From the IMG/VR virus record IMGVR_UViG_3300042351_000809: a DNA stretch of 64,000 nucleotides. One strand, 5' to 3'. This document shows positions 29,901 through 37,669 of this stretch, in pieces. A model generated the notes under the pieces. It did no database searches. It was not told where the DNA came from and saw only the letters and a program-made list of their open reading frames with translations. The stretch is from a virus. Numbering within the stretch: position 1 is the stretch's first letter; every line of letters begins with the position of its first letter. A program made the position numbers and the translations under genes.

Positions 29901-31852
29901 GTTTTATATTGACCTCTTGCTTGACCAGCAGTAAGCCACTGTTCAACTGTAGGAGCAAAGTTAGGTACATAACCAGTAGCCATATAAGGATTAATTCCTG
30001 TTTGACTCATTGAGCGAGAAGCTAATGAAGAAGCTGCTTTTGAACCTGCTGGAGGGAGAATAAATGGCTGACTAAATCCGGGAACATATTTTACTGTTTC
30101 GGCAGTATTCATTATTCCACCAATAGAAGCAGGAGCATTAACTACATTACCAGCGACATAACCACCTTTAGTAGCAGTCATGATTTCTGACATTCTATCT
30201 TGAGGAGGAATATAGCCTCCAGCAGATCTTCTAGTTACTGATCCTGAACGAGAAACACCCAATCCTCCTGTAATCAAAGATTTGGAAATAGAAGTAGAAG
30301 AAACAGCTATTTGTTGAGACAAAGCAGATTGCTCAACCAGTATTTGTTTAATTTCTTTTTCTACTTGAAGACGAGTTTTTGAACCGGCAATAATCGCAGA
30401 TATTAGATCAGGATTGCGAGATAATATTTGAGATACTTCTCCTTGTACAACGGCTTGTTGTTGAGCTACAGTATTTAATCCTAATAAGTTTTTAGCAGCA
30501 TCTCCAGTAAACTTACCAAAGTTAGCAAAAAGCTTTCCTAATACTGAAGCTCCAATTATCAAACCGGGGCCAGTAATAAAATTAGTAATACCAGTTAAAA
30601 TTCCTGTTCCAATTTTAGCTCCAACGCTCTCTGAGTCTTTTTCATTAATAGAAGATAGCTCTTCATTTATATATCCCAATATTTTTCTAATACCGGGAGC
30701 AACGCTTACAGATCCTACTTTAGTTGCAAATTGGGTTACATTAGCAGTGGTTTCGCTTAGAAGAGCAGATAAACTTTCATTTAAAGCTTTATTTTTTACG
30801 ATAGCTTCATCAACGGCTCTTGAAGAAGCATTTGTCGCACCTGCAAATATAGAGTTTTCTTTAGAAAGATCCGCCAAAGAAGCTTTTAAAATGTTAATCT
30901 GATAAACGCCACCAACTAATTCAGCGACTTGAGATTTAACAACTGGACTCAAGCCTTGGAAAGATTGAGCTAAATTTTCAATAACTTTTATTGCTGGAAG
31001 TGCATTACCAGAGATATCGGTTACAGTAACTCCAAAATCTCTTAAATCATTAATAACTTGAGGTCTCTCTATTCTTGTGAAAATTGTTTTTAAAGCGTTA
31101 CCGATAACAGCACCACCACGGGCAGTTGTCTGTTGAACAGCGGTAACAATACCTAGTAGTTCATCGAAGCTAACTCCTGCCTCGCTTGCAGAAGAACCTA
31201 CACGTTGAATAGCTTCAGAAAGGTCTCTTGAACTAACAGCAAATCTAGCGTCAACAGCAGCTAATTTATTAACAACTTCAGTAGTTGTAAGAGCTTCTTT
31301 TGTAAAAGAGTTTACAGCGGAAGTCAAGGCTTCAGTACTAGAAACGACATCAAGACCAGATAGACGAGTAAGAATTAGAGCGTCTCTTGTTCTTTTTAAA
31401 GTCTCTTGCAAACCCAAGCCCTGTCTTGAGAATTCCGTAGCGGCAGTTGCTACGTCTTTAAAGGAAGAGCCTGTTTGTTTCGCTACAACGAATAACTGAT
31501 CACCAAACTGCTTAATTCCTTTACTAGAAGTGTTTAGAACAATATTTATATCTGTCAGCGATTTTTCTACCTCAATAGTAGAGTTTACTAATGCGCTAAA
31601 AGCCTTCTGTACGTTATAAATAATGCCAGCAGAAGCACCGAATGCGACTACACGGGCATTGGAAGCTTCTAATGACTTTTGGAACTCGTTAGCTAGACCA
31701 GTAATTTTGCCAAGCGGTTGAGAGAAATTTCTCGTATTTAGGTTAAGAGCGCTTTTGCTCTGGATACGAGTTAACGCTGCCAACACATCTTTTTCAAGCT
31801 GGGCAGAGTTAAACGTCGCTGAAATGGGAATATTTCCTGCTGATGTAGCCAT
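23960..31852 (-). CDS. Tail tape measure protein (TP901-type core), 2630 aa
   Basis: N-terminal TP901 core (EFSRQG...LTRLSGLD...IGNALKTIFTR), long helical Ala/Leu-rich body with hydrophobic segments, C-terminal DxVPAMxxGGEFV repeats. Confidence 0.92.
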   Translation of the reverse strand: MATSAGNIPISATFNSAQLEKDVLAALTRIQSKSALNLNTRNFSQPLGKITGLANEFQKSLEASNARVVAFGASAGIIYNVQKAFSALVNSTIEVEKSLTDINIVLNTSSKGIKQFGDQLFVVAKQTGSSFKDVATAATEFSRQGLGLQETLKRTRDALILTRLSGLDVVSSTEALTSAVNSFTKEALTTTEVVNKLAAVDARFAVSSRDLSEAIQRVGSSASEAGVSFDELLGIVTAVQQTTARGGAVIGNALKTIFTRIERPQVINDLRDFGVTVTDISGNALPAIKVIENLAQSFQGLSPVVKSQVAELVGGVYQINILKASLADLSKENSIFAGATNASSRAVDEAIVKNKALNESLSALLSETTANVTQFATKVGSVSVAPGIRKILGYINEELSSINEKDSESVGAKIGTGILTGITNFITGPGLIIGASVLGKLFANFGKFTGDAAKNLLGLNTVAQQQAVVQGEVSQILSRNPDLISAIIAGSKTRLQVEKEIKQILVEQSALSQQIAVSSTSISKSLITGGLGVSRSGSVTRRSAGGYIPPQDRMSEIMTATKGGYVAGNVVNAPASIGGIMNTAETVKYVPGFSQPFILPPAGSKAASSLASRSMSQTGINPYMATGYVPNFAPTVEQWLTAGQARGQYKTAVLNPDGTLGGKWTNATLNGAYDSGVPIEEIRRISKKPDWLPKQAALEREVGRQVTQLPPYMAQADMLTLESPEMSGKIVQRGRGAGNVPIAFKVVNLSKEALQNSQVDLRSRSDSFANQLLSEFANSLPGGQKATEESRKKYLNAVQNPAAQFAGKIFEAGVNLSRDYVREPQGQARGDFDIRRGENIAKLRDLFPGFTSPLGDYKLRYDDYSEASFVKKIESEFGGFIKIFEDEARAKAGSVDIAAEASKLKASGAKVTEIVKSIAPGSKKALGFIPNFNALSNAINNEMAAGYSASQIRVGQSGQLKSSFNPIGLGVYNTTEGTLENGISLARKAGVNPQTKGMAEGFIPNFADKFDISMVTFSLIALGGQLKSLAGSFKEINAQSQNLIKNKRTEVAESANSIKKLRKEAQSKFSFSNIDADLNVTGRLRTTGGRFANPKQIAEFESIRARVEEQRAIASRASREQRIASAGYLNPLSLREGGRLNSLIRTSGTGAGLAIAGVANIAEQFVPESNKTGRAALSGIADVGQYAGLGAAFGPIGLAAGALVGIGVASKKIVDSKAEQAIFDISTSLDRVKESSSKFSGASQTYATSLENLQNALNDPKTQPQALLKFQTSITDSLASIPEEFRAKILAAGTDIGKVSEAIAKVNKEMADSQKNLERQLAITQLVNDKTGFFAGSTLKKSDQEQLSRLFTQSVNPQNILSGFKGGAGEFGSFVSGLRSQVFKTSNYVDYTSSPESIDLESAPRMVTQTVINEQALKGIRSQLEAKGIFGPELAAKFEEVSKKISPENVNALFDAIDEFGKGIFSSKQASDNLLAVQKQNIEIARKNAETIKDLNQAYESLNLSLSSQIEAEKNRASTLRDLNKIQAEGSVQLATARVRGALSLASPFMSERGRAEQEANLAITEIQNKQNSEVRNALDKGLSSLTDVITKKAEDIRSKALPAITDTSKGPDDITKELNTFNKNIQGISPLISTSLKELSSGGNIEEVKNKLIQGISETGLFKKPEAELIAGELQNTFEGVLNELTKITEQGKFDLAIQKINSDYQRRSLQLNEKISLAGGAASLGSTGQVGVSDLFDKLTELTSSLGQNVRVGNPIETGSGFFKLLDTLSNQYGIRGGGVGAELAPLENASISARAGQIRKENERLRKLTNISLISQTGTGIQAGGALDEAFNKLNEDAVSIAIDQVTSQLKLENIGTYFDLLAQESKYANELAKTQTEILAKQAPDINANFERITTQQVGAKLDALNSSLSAALKEIVATQNRVELEKEIRNLLPIASVIEREKALTEIKSQMVNPDILFGGYSPSGSGLPLGANDTGPFSQAEQTGRERLASKINIPLENLNSILAKLYQSQTSTALNISNKTNAPAAASGFRFYEFNASNKNTSSITPIKPQSLIDAEKALAKTQENIQIQKNKKIEEINRIYGEGDKDLADQLLLEMQIADEREKITERLKKTNEEVKRFYDSAYSNTFFKEERAAVMNRRIEDQARLGNIDFGGITEKNTTYNRADFARDTGQLIDTFQTDFKSGIASAFGEAIKGTKTLKDAFRDMFQGILNRMLDKSLEMGVDALFAFGKAAATGRKDGGLIRGYNSGGMVVGGSGMKDDVPAMMSGGEFVIKKSSVKKYGSDYLRALNGGLVPKYAVGGFSMGPLQNEFLYDNPDRPTSGEFAVDSRLSAAALTDENNPQNRLRQDRYEKLDQYLQDRSQYEKDKQQAIKNYKNQVNSTFYSGLTAAAVQLGAAGLTVGAANMRTSAAASAARGLEPGGNLTQAQLNAQYARNLRSNGGYIARFAGGGSTGKDNIPALLMGGEYVMNKKAVDMYGRDFMNQLNTGTLPKYASGGMVGTSYTAGQNTPESSVTELVAALNTLNENLSKGNDITQAESGKISAAGANQESGMSVVNNISINVAQTGEVTSEANATTQNGGSNTNKDQNNIQNNAKLAELLRSKVVEVLVEQKRPGGLLYASR

Positions 31853-31868
31853 ATGTCCTTAAACCTAA

Positions 31869-31880
31869 GAATAATTACAC
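31869..31880 (-). promoter_or_regulatory. Putative late promoter GTGTAATTATTC for the TMP gene
   Basis: Recurring motif, lying between the upstream stop codon and the TMP start. Confidence 0.6.
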
Positions 31881-32897
31881 TTAAACGCCGTGTAATTTAA
31901 TTAAATCTTCAAAGCTTAATGAACCACCTTTTTTCTTCGCCGCTTCATCTAAAGAGATGCTTCCAGTGTTGTCCTGCTTTAATTTCTTTAGGTCTTCCTT
32001 AGTGGCTCCCATCACAGAAACGGCTTGGACAGCGGTTTCTTTGCCTGAAGCCGCATTTTTATCTTCATGAAGCTTTTCAAGATTGCTACTAGACTCATAC
32101 CAATCAATAATCTTATCTACATCATTATTGTACTCATCAGGATGCTTGACACTAGACTTGCTCATTAAGTCTTTGAAGTATCTAGCATAACCAAATAACT
32201 CAACCTGATAAAATGTTAGGTGAGTAACTGGTTTACCATAAAAAAAGTAAGGGTTATCGTCAGCTAAATAGAAATAATTAAGAAAAAATCCACTAACACC
32301 AATTCTTTTGATATTATGATTATTAAATTTTTGGGCGCATTTAGAATATCCAGCAACTAAATTAAATAATTCATTTTGATCTACATCTTCAAACTCCTCT
32401 ACAGTAAAAGCACGTTTTTCGCATTTATCATCAGAATAAACTGAGTAATAAACATAAAACTCATTCATTCTCTTAGAACAGTATGTTTCACAAGTATTCT
32501 CTAACAGCTCATTCTTTTTATGTTCTAAAAGGCGGATCTCTTCAGAGATTTCTTTCATCTGCTTATCAACGCTGTCAAGGTCTCTAGTCAAGTATAGTTT
32601 GCGACGAGTTTTTGTTAAATTAGCAAGAGTTAATTTGTTATTTTCTATCTTTTTATCGTCTTTTTCGCTGTAAATATTTTCTTTAATTAGTTCTTTTATC
32701 TTTTCTTCGTTCGTCGGAATGCCCTGAGATTTGGCTTTATTATAATAATAATTTTCTTGAATTTCTATTGTTCCTGCGTCTTTTGGAGACAAGTGTTTCA
32801 TATAGTAAGTTTTGCCGTTTAAGGTAAATGCAGAAGAGCCTACTATTATTTCCCAATAGAGAGACTTTAAATTTTTATTGAATGCTTCTATGTCCAT
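31881..32897 (-). CDS. Tail assembly chaperone, GT-like (G paralogue plus C-terminal extension)
   Basis: Immediately upstream of TMP; LEHKKNELLENTCET aligns with LEMQKESLFDNTAET of 32950..33690. Confidence 0.55.
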   Translation of the reverse strand: MDIEAFNKNLKSLYWEIIVGSSAFTLNGKTYYMKHLSPKDAGTIEIQENYYYNKAKSQGIPTNEEKIKELIKENIYSEKDDKKIENNKLTLANLTKTRRKLYLTRDLDSVDKQMKEISEEIRLLEHKKNELLENTCETYCSKRMNEFYVYYSVYSDDKCEKRAFTVEEFEDVDQNELFNLVAGYSKCAQKFNNHNIKRIGVSGFFLNYFYLADDNPYFFYGKPVTHLTFYQVELFGYARYFKDLMSKSSVKHPDEYNNDVDKIIDWYESSSNLEKLHEDKNAASGKETAVQAVSVMGATKEDLKKLKQDNTGSISLDEAAKKKGGSLSFEDLIKLHGV

Positions 32898-32902
32898 ATA
32901 CT

Positions 32903-32928
32903 AAAAAGCCCCCGCTTTCGCAGGGGCT
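32903..32928 (-). terminator. Intrinsic terminator-like hairpin between the two chaperone genes
   Basis: AGCCCCTGC-GAAA-GCGGGGGCT followed by a short U tract. Confidence 0.75.
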
Positions 32929-32949
32929 AGGATTAATTTTTGCAAGAAA

Positions 32950-33690
32950 TCAGAAAATCTTTTGCTCTAGTTTTAGTAAATCGAAGTCTTCTCTAGTATT
33001 TGCTCTTCCAACATACCAGAAGCTAATAAAATAAATAAAAGCGTTAGCTGCTTTAGTTAAATGAGGGTCTTCCGATTCAAAAATTTCGTCATACCTGTTC
33101 ATTCGGGCTTCATAATCTCCTTCGCCAAAGAATGGCAGTTTCTCCCCGTTTTTCTCATAGTATGACAAAAATAATATCCACCAAGTAATTACCTTATTAC
33201 GCGCCCTCGTCTCTGCGGTATTATCAAACAAGGATTCTTTTTGCATCTCTAATTCAGTTAGAGAGCTTTTAATTACAGTAATTTTGGTTTCTAGTTCTTC
33301 CTTCTTAGTTACAAAATATTCTGGCCGATCTTTCTCCTCTAAAGCGACAAGTCTTTGTAGCTCATTTTGAGTATCATATAGATCCTTATAGGCATCTGCC
33401 TCTGCGCTCTTAGTCTTGTCTGCTAAGATTCCGCCGTCATCAACATATCTCTTATTTAGGAGTGTACGAGTAAGCAGTCCAGCTTTAACGCCTTCAGAGA
33501 GCTTAACTCCATAAAATAACTCAGCTTCATCAAATAAAGCTCTTGTTGGCTTCTTGATAAAATAATTATGAGGGATTTGAGTTACTACATCTTTGGTAAT
33601 CGTAACCTTTTGTCCAGCTTCATTTACAGACTCTTCTGTTTCTTTTACAATACCCTCTTTATTTACTGCAAATTCGTATATTGTTTTCAT
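32950..33690 (-). CDS. Tail assembly chaperone, G-like
   Basis: Between tube and TMP genes; charged, helical; paralogue of the downstream gene. Confidence 0.55.
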   Translation of the reverse strand: MKTIYEFAVNKEGIVKETEESVNEAGQKVTITKDVVTQIPHNYFIKKPTRALFDEAELFYGVKLSEGVKAGLLTRTLLNKRYVDDGGILADKTKSAEADAYKDLYDTQNELQRLVALEEKDRPEYFVTKKEELETKITVIKSSLTELEMQKESLFDNTAETRARNKVITWWILFLSYYEKNGEKLPFFGEGDYEARMNRYDEIFESEDPHLTKAANAFIYFISFWYVGRANTREDFDLLKLEQKIF

Positions 33691-33908
33691 TATAAATCTA
33701 TATTGTTTAGCTCTTCTTCAAACTGTCTAATAGCATCATTACCAGAATCAAGAACTTTTTTTCTTAATCTTTGGTACTTATCTTCAGATATATTATAACC
33801 ATCTTCTTTTAAATCTTCAAGTAAGATTAAAAAGTTTTTATATAGATTAATAACTTTGCGCCGATTTTGAAAGAGGATGAACTCTTTCATTTTTATATCC
33901 ATAGCCAT
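33690..33908 (-). CDS. Small hypothetical protein; start probably ATG 33908, 33902 or 33890 rather than GTG 33950
   Basis: The ORF-track start overlaps the promoter motif and terminator tail; AAAGG precedes ATG 33908. Confidence 0.55.
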   Translation of the reverse strand: MAMDIKMKEFILFQNRRKVINLYKNFLILLEDLKEDGYNISEDKYQRLRKKVLDSGNDAIRQFEEELNNIDL

Positions 33909-33934
33909 AATACCTTTGAAATGCCTTTGCCTAA

Positions 33935-33946
33935 TAATCTTTACAC
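33935..33946 (-). promoter_or_regulatory. Putative late promoter GTGTAAAGATTA
   Basis: Recurring motif just after the tube-gene terminator. Confidence 0.55.
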
Positions 33947-33950
33947 ACAC

Positions 33951-33987
33951 AAAAACAAAAAAGCCCCAGTTTTTAGGCTGGGGCTTT
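33951..33987 (-). terminator. Intrinsic terminator after the major tail tube gene
   Basis: AAAGCCCCAG...CTGGGGCTTT hairpin followed by TTTGTTTTT. Confidence 0.85.
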
Positions 33988-34006
33988 GAAGTTGATATTT
34001 ATTTAA

Positions 34007-35191
34007 TTAGTGGAGAGGCAAGGTCTCAAGCATGAATAGTCCTCTATCATTTTGTTGAGGAGAACCGACTTGAGTAGAGAAGTTTAATGTAACTTGCTTG
34101 TTGGCTCCGATTGAAGAAGAGAAGTCTTGTGAATCCAAGTTAAGTCTCTTTAGAACGTAACCAACTCCTTCGCTGGCGATTAAATCTGTATTAGCGACAG
34201 CAGGAGCAGCGAGAGTAATAACTGCATCATAAATACCGTCTGTATTTACTAAATCAACCAAGTTACCAGTAGTAAGATCTTGCACTAAAGCTGTAACAGA
34301 AAGGGTTACAGTAACTGGGAAATCAATTTCTCTTGAATAAGCATATCTGCTTCCGATCTTTTGCAATGGAGTTCTGTTTAGACCCATTGAGATGGAGAAG
34401 TTTTGAATAGCGGCAGAGGTAGTTAAATCTGTACCACCATAAGACTGACCTTGAGTCTTTGTTAAAGAGAAAGAAATATCTCCGTGTCTGAGAGCAGCGA
34501 CTTTTCCAAGAGCGTTTTCGCCATTTGGATTACCAGTAGCTTGAGGAAGAACGAAATTTCCTCCAGCAATATTTCCAGCAGCAGTAACACCGGGAGCAGC
34601 ACCTGAATTTCCATTGCTGAAATTCATATTTAAGCATTCCAAGCTAACAGAAGTAGTTGGGAAATCTCCTACGGCAGCATTAATTGAATAATTAGTTAAG
34701 AAGCCATTGCCTAGTCCAATAGTGCTTCCAACTGAGTTATTTGCAGTTGTATCACTAGCAAAAGAAGAAGCGTCATTTCCTTCACTAACAGTTCTAATGA
34801 AATAGTTCTTTGTATTAACAAATCCACTAGTAAGAATTCCAGATAAACAAGATTGAGTAGCAGCGGCACTAGTTATATTGACAATACCAGTGATTCCTGC
34901 ATCGATAACTGAAAAACCAAGATTTTTTTCATTAGCCATGTCTGTTAGCAAGTAAGTAAAATCAACTCCTACAGTAGGCTGTTCTAGAATAATACGATCA
35001 ATAGCGGCTAGATTGCCGAATTGGTTAACGTCTCTTCTTGTAATATTGAAATTATAATTACAAGATTGAACGCGAGAAAACTGGTTAATATATAAAGCCC
35101 CAGTTTGTGGTGGCGTAGAAGCAGATACATCAACAGTATCTTTTGTATTGAATAGAGCTTCTGATTGGTAAATTACACGATTTCTTGGCAT
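34007..35191 (-). CDS. Major tail tube protein with internally duplicated tube domain
   Basis: Lies between neck genes and chaperones/TMP, with its own promoter and terminator; two halves VQSCNYNFNITRRDVNQFG and IQNFSISMGLNRTPLQKIG. Confidence 0.75.
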   Translation of the reverse strand: MPRNRVIYQSEALFNTKDTVDVSASTPPQTGALYINQFSRVQSCNYNFNITRRDVNQFGNLAAIDRIILEQPTVGVDFTYLLTDMANEKNLGFSVIDAGITGIVNITSAAATQSCLSGILTSGFVNTKNYFIRTVSEGNDASSFASDTTANNSVGSTIGLGNGFLTNYSINAAVGDFPTTSVSLECLNMNFSNGNSGAAPGVTAAGNIAGGNFVLPQATGNPNGENALGKVAALRHGDISFSLTKTQGQSYGGTDLTTSAAIQNFSISMGLNRTPLQKIGSRYAYSREIDFPVTVTLSVTALVQDLTTGNLVDLVNTDGIYDAVITLAAPAVANTDLIASEGVGYVLKRLNLDSQDFSSSIGANKQVTLNFSTQVGSPQQNDRGLFMLETLPLH

Positions 35192-35195
35192 ATTT

Positions 35196-35267
35196 TTAAT
35201 CCTTTAAATTTCTTTTTATTATTACATTTTTTATTGTATTTTGAGAAATTATTATATTCCTCGCCAT
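35196..35267 (-). pseudogene. 23-aa mini-ORF MARNIIISQNTIKNVIIKRNLKD, possible remnant of a tube-protein paralogue
   Basis: Same TAAAAATATG start context as the tube gene; begins M-x-R-N-x-x-I-x-Q like MPRNRVIYQ. Confidence 0.4.
35216..35227 (-). promoter_or_regulatory. Putative late promoter variant ATGTAATAATAA for the tube gene
   Basis: One mismatch to the recurring motif, ~25 nt upstream of the ATG. Confidence 0.5.
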
Positions 35268-35271
35268 ATTT

Positions 35272-36120
35272 TTATGTTTGTCTTGGCTCTCTGAATTTAA
35301 CTAACTCAAAATCAATCAGCCCATAATAAGAACCGGGATTGATGTTATTCTCCCTGTCTCTTACACCCGCGACCTTTGATACGGAAACTCTATCTATCAT
35401 GCAGTAGTCTTTGCCGCTTGTAATCTTATTATAATTAAAAACTACCCCACTCTTAAAGCTGCCTAAAACATTAAATGGATTGTATGTTGGATCAATTAGA
35501 GGAACATTATCATAATTTCTATCTCTAAATAATGAACAAACCGCATCTAATGTATATTGTGAATCAGCAATAACAATAGCTCTAAAGTCTACTCTCGTTT
35601 CGTCTGTGCCTCCAAAAGCCCAAGGATCGTTTGTGCTTCCATTGTTTTTAATGAAAATTACAGGATAAGTTATTGTATTTTCTTTTAAAGAATCTTTCAA
35701 AGATCCAGCAGGGGTTTTGTTTCTTCTAACATATTGAGTTTCGAATAACAATACCTCTTCTGGCTGAGATGTCATTAACACGTTAAATTCTTTAACTGAA
35801 TAAGTTCCAGAAACGCTAAGAGATCCAGAACTTAAATAAATCTGGCCTTCTGAATAATTTATACCGCTTAGAGGGCTTTGACCTAAATTATAATTCGTGC
35901 CATTTATGCTAACCCCTGTCATTACTGTCGCTCCAGCAATTGAAGAATCATAAACCAATCCTTTGTAAGGTCCGTTATAAGCATAGAAACCATTCACATA
36001 AGAAGAATTGGCAGGAAATGTAGTAGTTACGTTATAGTAAGCCTCACCCTTGGATAACAGAGTGTGATCAAACCACATTAAAAACGATGAAGATATTTGG
36101 TTGTCAAATTGCGGTTTCAT
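35272..36120 (-). CDS. Putative tail terminator / tail completion protein
   Basis: Directly upstream of tube gene; YPVIFI...PWAFGG...FRAIVIAD pattern; synteny only. Confidence 0.45.
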   Translation of the reverse strand: MKPQFDNQISSSFLMWFDHTLLSKGEAYYNVTTTFPANSSYVNGFYAYNGPYKGLVYDSSIAGATVMTGVSINGTNYNLGQSPLSGINYSEGQIYLSSGSLSVSGTYSVKEFNVLMTSQPEEVLLFETQYVRRNKTPAGSLKDSLKENTITYPVIFIKNNGSTNDPWAFGGTDETRVDFRAIVIADSQYTLDAVCSLFRDRNYDNVPLIDPTYNPFNVLGSFKSGVVFNYNKITSGKDYCMIDRVSVSKVAGVRDRENNINPGSYYGLIDFELVKFREPRQT

Positions 36121-36731
36121 TATTTAAGTTTATCCTTTAGATTTTTTAGTATTGTACTTAAGTATTTTACAGTAGAGAAAGAGCCTGATCTAACTTTGTC
36201 ATCTGACTGAATACCGCCTCCAGATCGGCTAGGTTCAGGAGATTTGAATTTTCCAGACAAGTAATATCCCAATCCAGAAATACCTCTTTCAATTCCTCTA
36301 ACCCAGCTTCTTCCTGTTTCCCAAGGCAATGGAGTTTTTTGCTCTATTGATTTTAAAGTAGGAACTGAAACAGAGAATTCGAATTGAACGCCTGTTTCTA
36401 TTGTTTTTGTTTTTGGAATTCTATTTAATAATATTTCTTCTTCTAAAATTTGTCTTACCTCTTGTGTAGGCTTAGAATCTTGATCGAATCCAATAAATGT
36501 AAATAAATTAGAGTCAGGTTTAGTTCCGGGCAATGTTTTTGACACGTTCTTTCCTTCAACTCCCATTTCTAATTCGACAGTAACTGGATGCTGATCAAAT
36601 TCTTTTAGTGTTTGGCCTTTAATTTTTTGAAATTCTTTTTCAGCTCTTTGATAAGCTAAATTTTGAACATCTTTACTGAAAAGAAGTTTTTTAACTTCTC
36701 TATTTAAAACTGCTTTATTTATTGTGGCCAT
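36120..36731 (-). CDS. Putative neck / tail completion protein
   Basis: Basic protein in the head-tail joining cluster; synteny only. Confidence 0.4.
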   Translation of the reverse strand: MATINKAVLNREVKKLLFSKDVQNLAYQRAEKEFQKIKGQTLKEFDQHPVTVELEMGVEGKNVSKTLPGTKPDSNLFTFIGFDQDSKPTQEVRQILEEEILLNRIPKTKTIETGVQFEFSVSVPTLKSIEQKTPLPWETGRSWVRGIERGISGLGYYLSGKFKSPEPSRSGGGIQSDDKVRSGSFSTVKYLSTILKNLKDKLK

Positions 36732-37171
36732 TACATTATTTCCTTCATCATGTACTCATAATAAGGTTCATCAATGTATCTTTTAACTACAAAACCATAT
36801 TGCACATTCCAAGATTTATTGTCAAAAGTTATTCTTTCTGTTTTGCCATTTTCAATGTAATCTTTAGCCTCTAAACGGACTCTTATTCTTGCAGTAGTAT
36901 TAGGATTTTTAATCTCAGAATTTAAAGATACAATATCTTCATCTGGGCTACCATAAAATATTCTAGCTTTGTAAACTCCAGAGACTGGTGTATAAGTTAC
37001 ACTATCAGGCAATTGATCTGTAGGATAACCAAATACAGGAGTTTCATTAACAGAAGTTATATTTTTAATAGGCTCTTTGTAAACGACAATATCCCTAGAC
37101 AATGTATCAAAAAGATCATTGTAATTTGATCCAAAGCTAAGTCTTTGTGCGTCTGTTAGTAAAGATGCCAT
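36731..37171 (-). CDS. Putative head closure (stopper) protein
   Basis: 146-aa beta-rich protein (GVYKARIFY, ITFDNKSW) in neck position. Confidence 0.45.
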   Translation of the reverse strand: MASLLTDAQRLSFGSNYNDLFDTLSRDIVVYKEPIKNITSVNETPVFGYPTDQLPDSVTYTPVSGVYKARIFYGSPDEDIVSLNSEIKNPNTTARIRVRLEAKDYIENGKTERITFDNKSWNVQYGFVVKRYIDEPYYEYMMKEIM

Positions 37172-37173
37172 AA

Positions 37174-37668
37174 TTAGATTCTATTAAATGGTCTGATTGA
37201 ATAATACTTATCGGTAATATAAGATCCAGCCACAGTATCGTCGCCAGCAACTTGCAAAGGACCAACGTCGTTGATATTATAATCATTAATCATCATAGTT
37301 AATTCATTAAGCATATTTTTCTTAGCTTCTAAGTATATTTTGCTGGTTTCATTTTTATTAATCCTACGGACAGTTCCACCGCCGTCTGTAACTTCCAACA
37401 AACTATCTCCATTTATTGCATTTAAAGTTTGCTTGACTTTTAAGTCATAGAAATAACATTCGTAGATTTTTTTATAAATAGACTTCTCTGTTTCGCCCAA
37501 ATTAGGCACAAGCTCCAAAGTATTGTCATCAATAACAATATCTTTGTTCAGCTTATTATTAAGAATACCTATATTGCTCCTAAGCCAATAACTAATAGCT
37601 GGTACTGATAGATCACTTGGTTGACCTAATTCGAAATATATTTCTTGAGCCATGTCTACAATTTTCAT
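37174..37668 (-). CDS. Putative head-tail adaptor protein
   Basis: Helical protein with a beta hairpin (EVTDGGGTVRR) in neck position. Confidence 0.45.
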   Translation of the reverse strand: MKIVDMAQEIYFELGQPSDLSVPAISYWLRSNIGILNNKLNKDIVIDDNTLELVPNLGETEKSIYKKIYECYFYDLKVKQTLNAINGDSLLEVTDGGGTVRRINKNETSKIYLEAKKNMLNELTMMINDYNINDVGPLQVAGDDTVAGSYITDKYYSIRPFNRI

Positions 37669-37669
37669 A

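Noticed and set aside
31873-31897. Inverted repeat AATTACAC-N9-GTGTAATT suggesting an antisense promoter or operator
   Set aside because: The second half is coding sequence (KLHG) and the spacer differs from the 11146 site; chance cannot be excluded.
32890-32990. Programmed frameshift or TGA read-through joining the two chaperone genes
   Set aside because: The downstream frame has TAG two codons before its ATG, and read-through of TGA stops at TAA in a different frame; no clear slippery heptamer.
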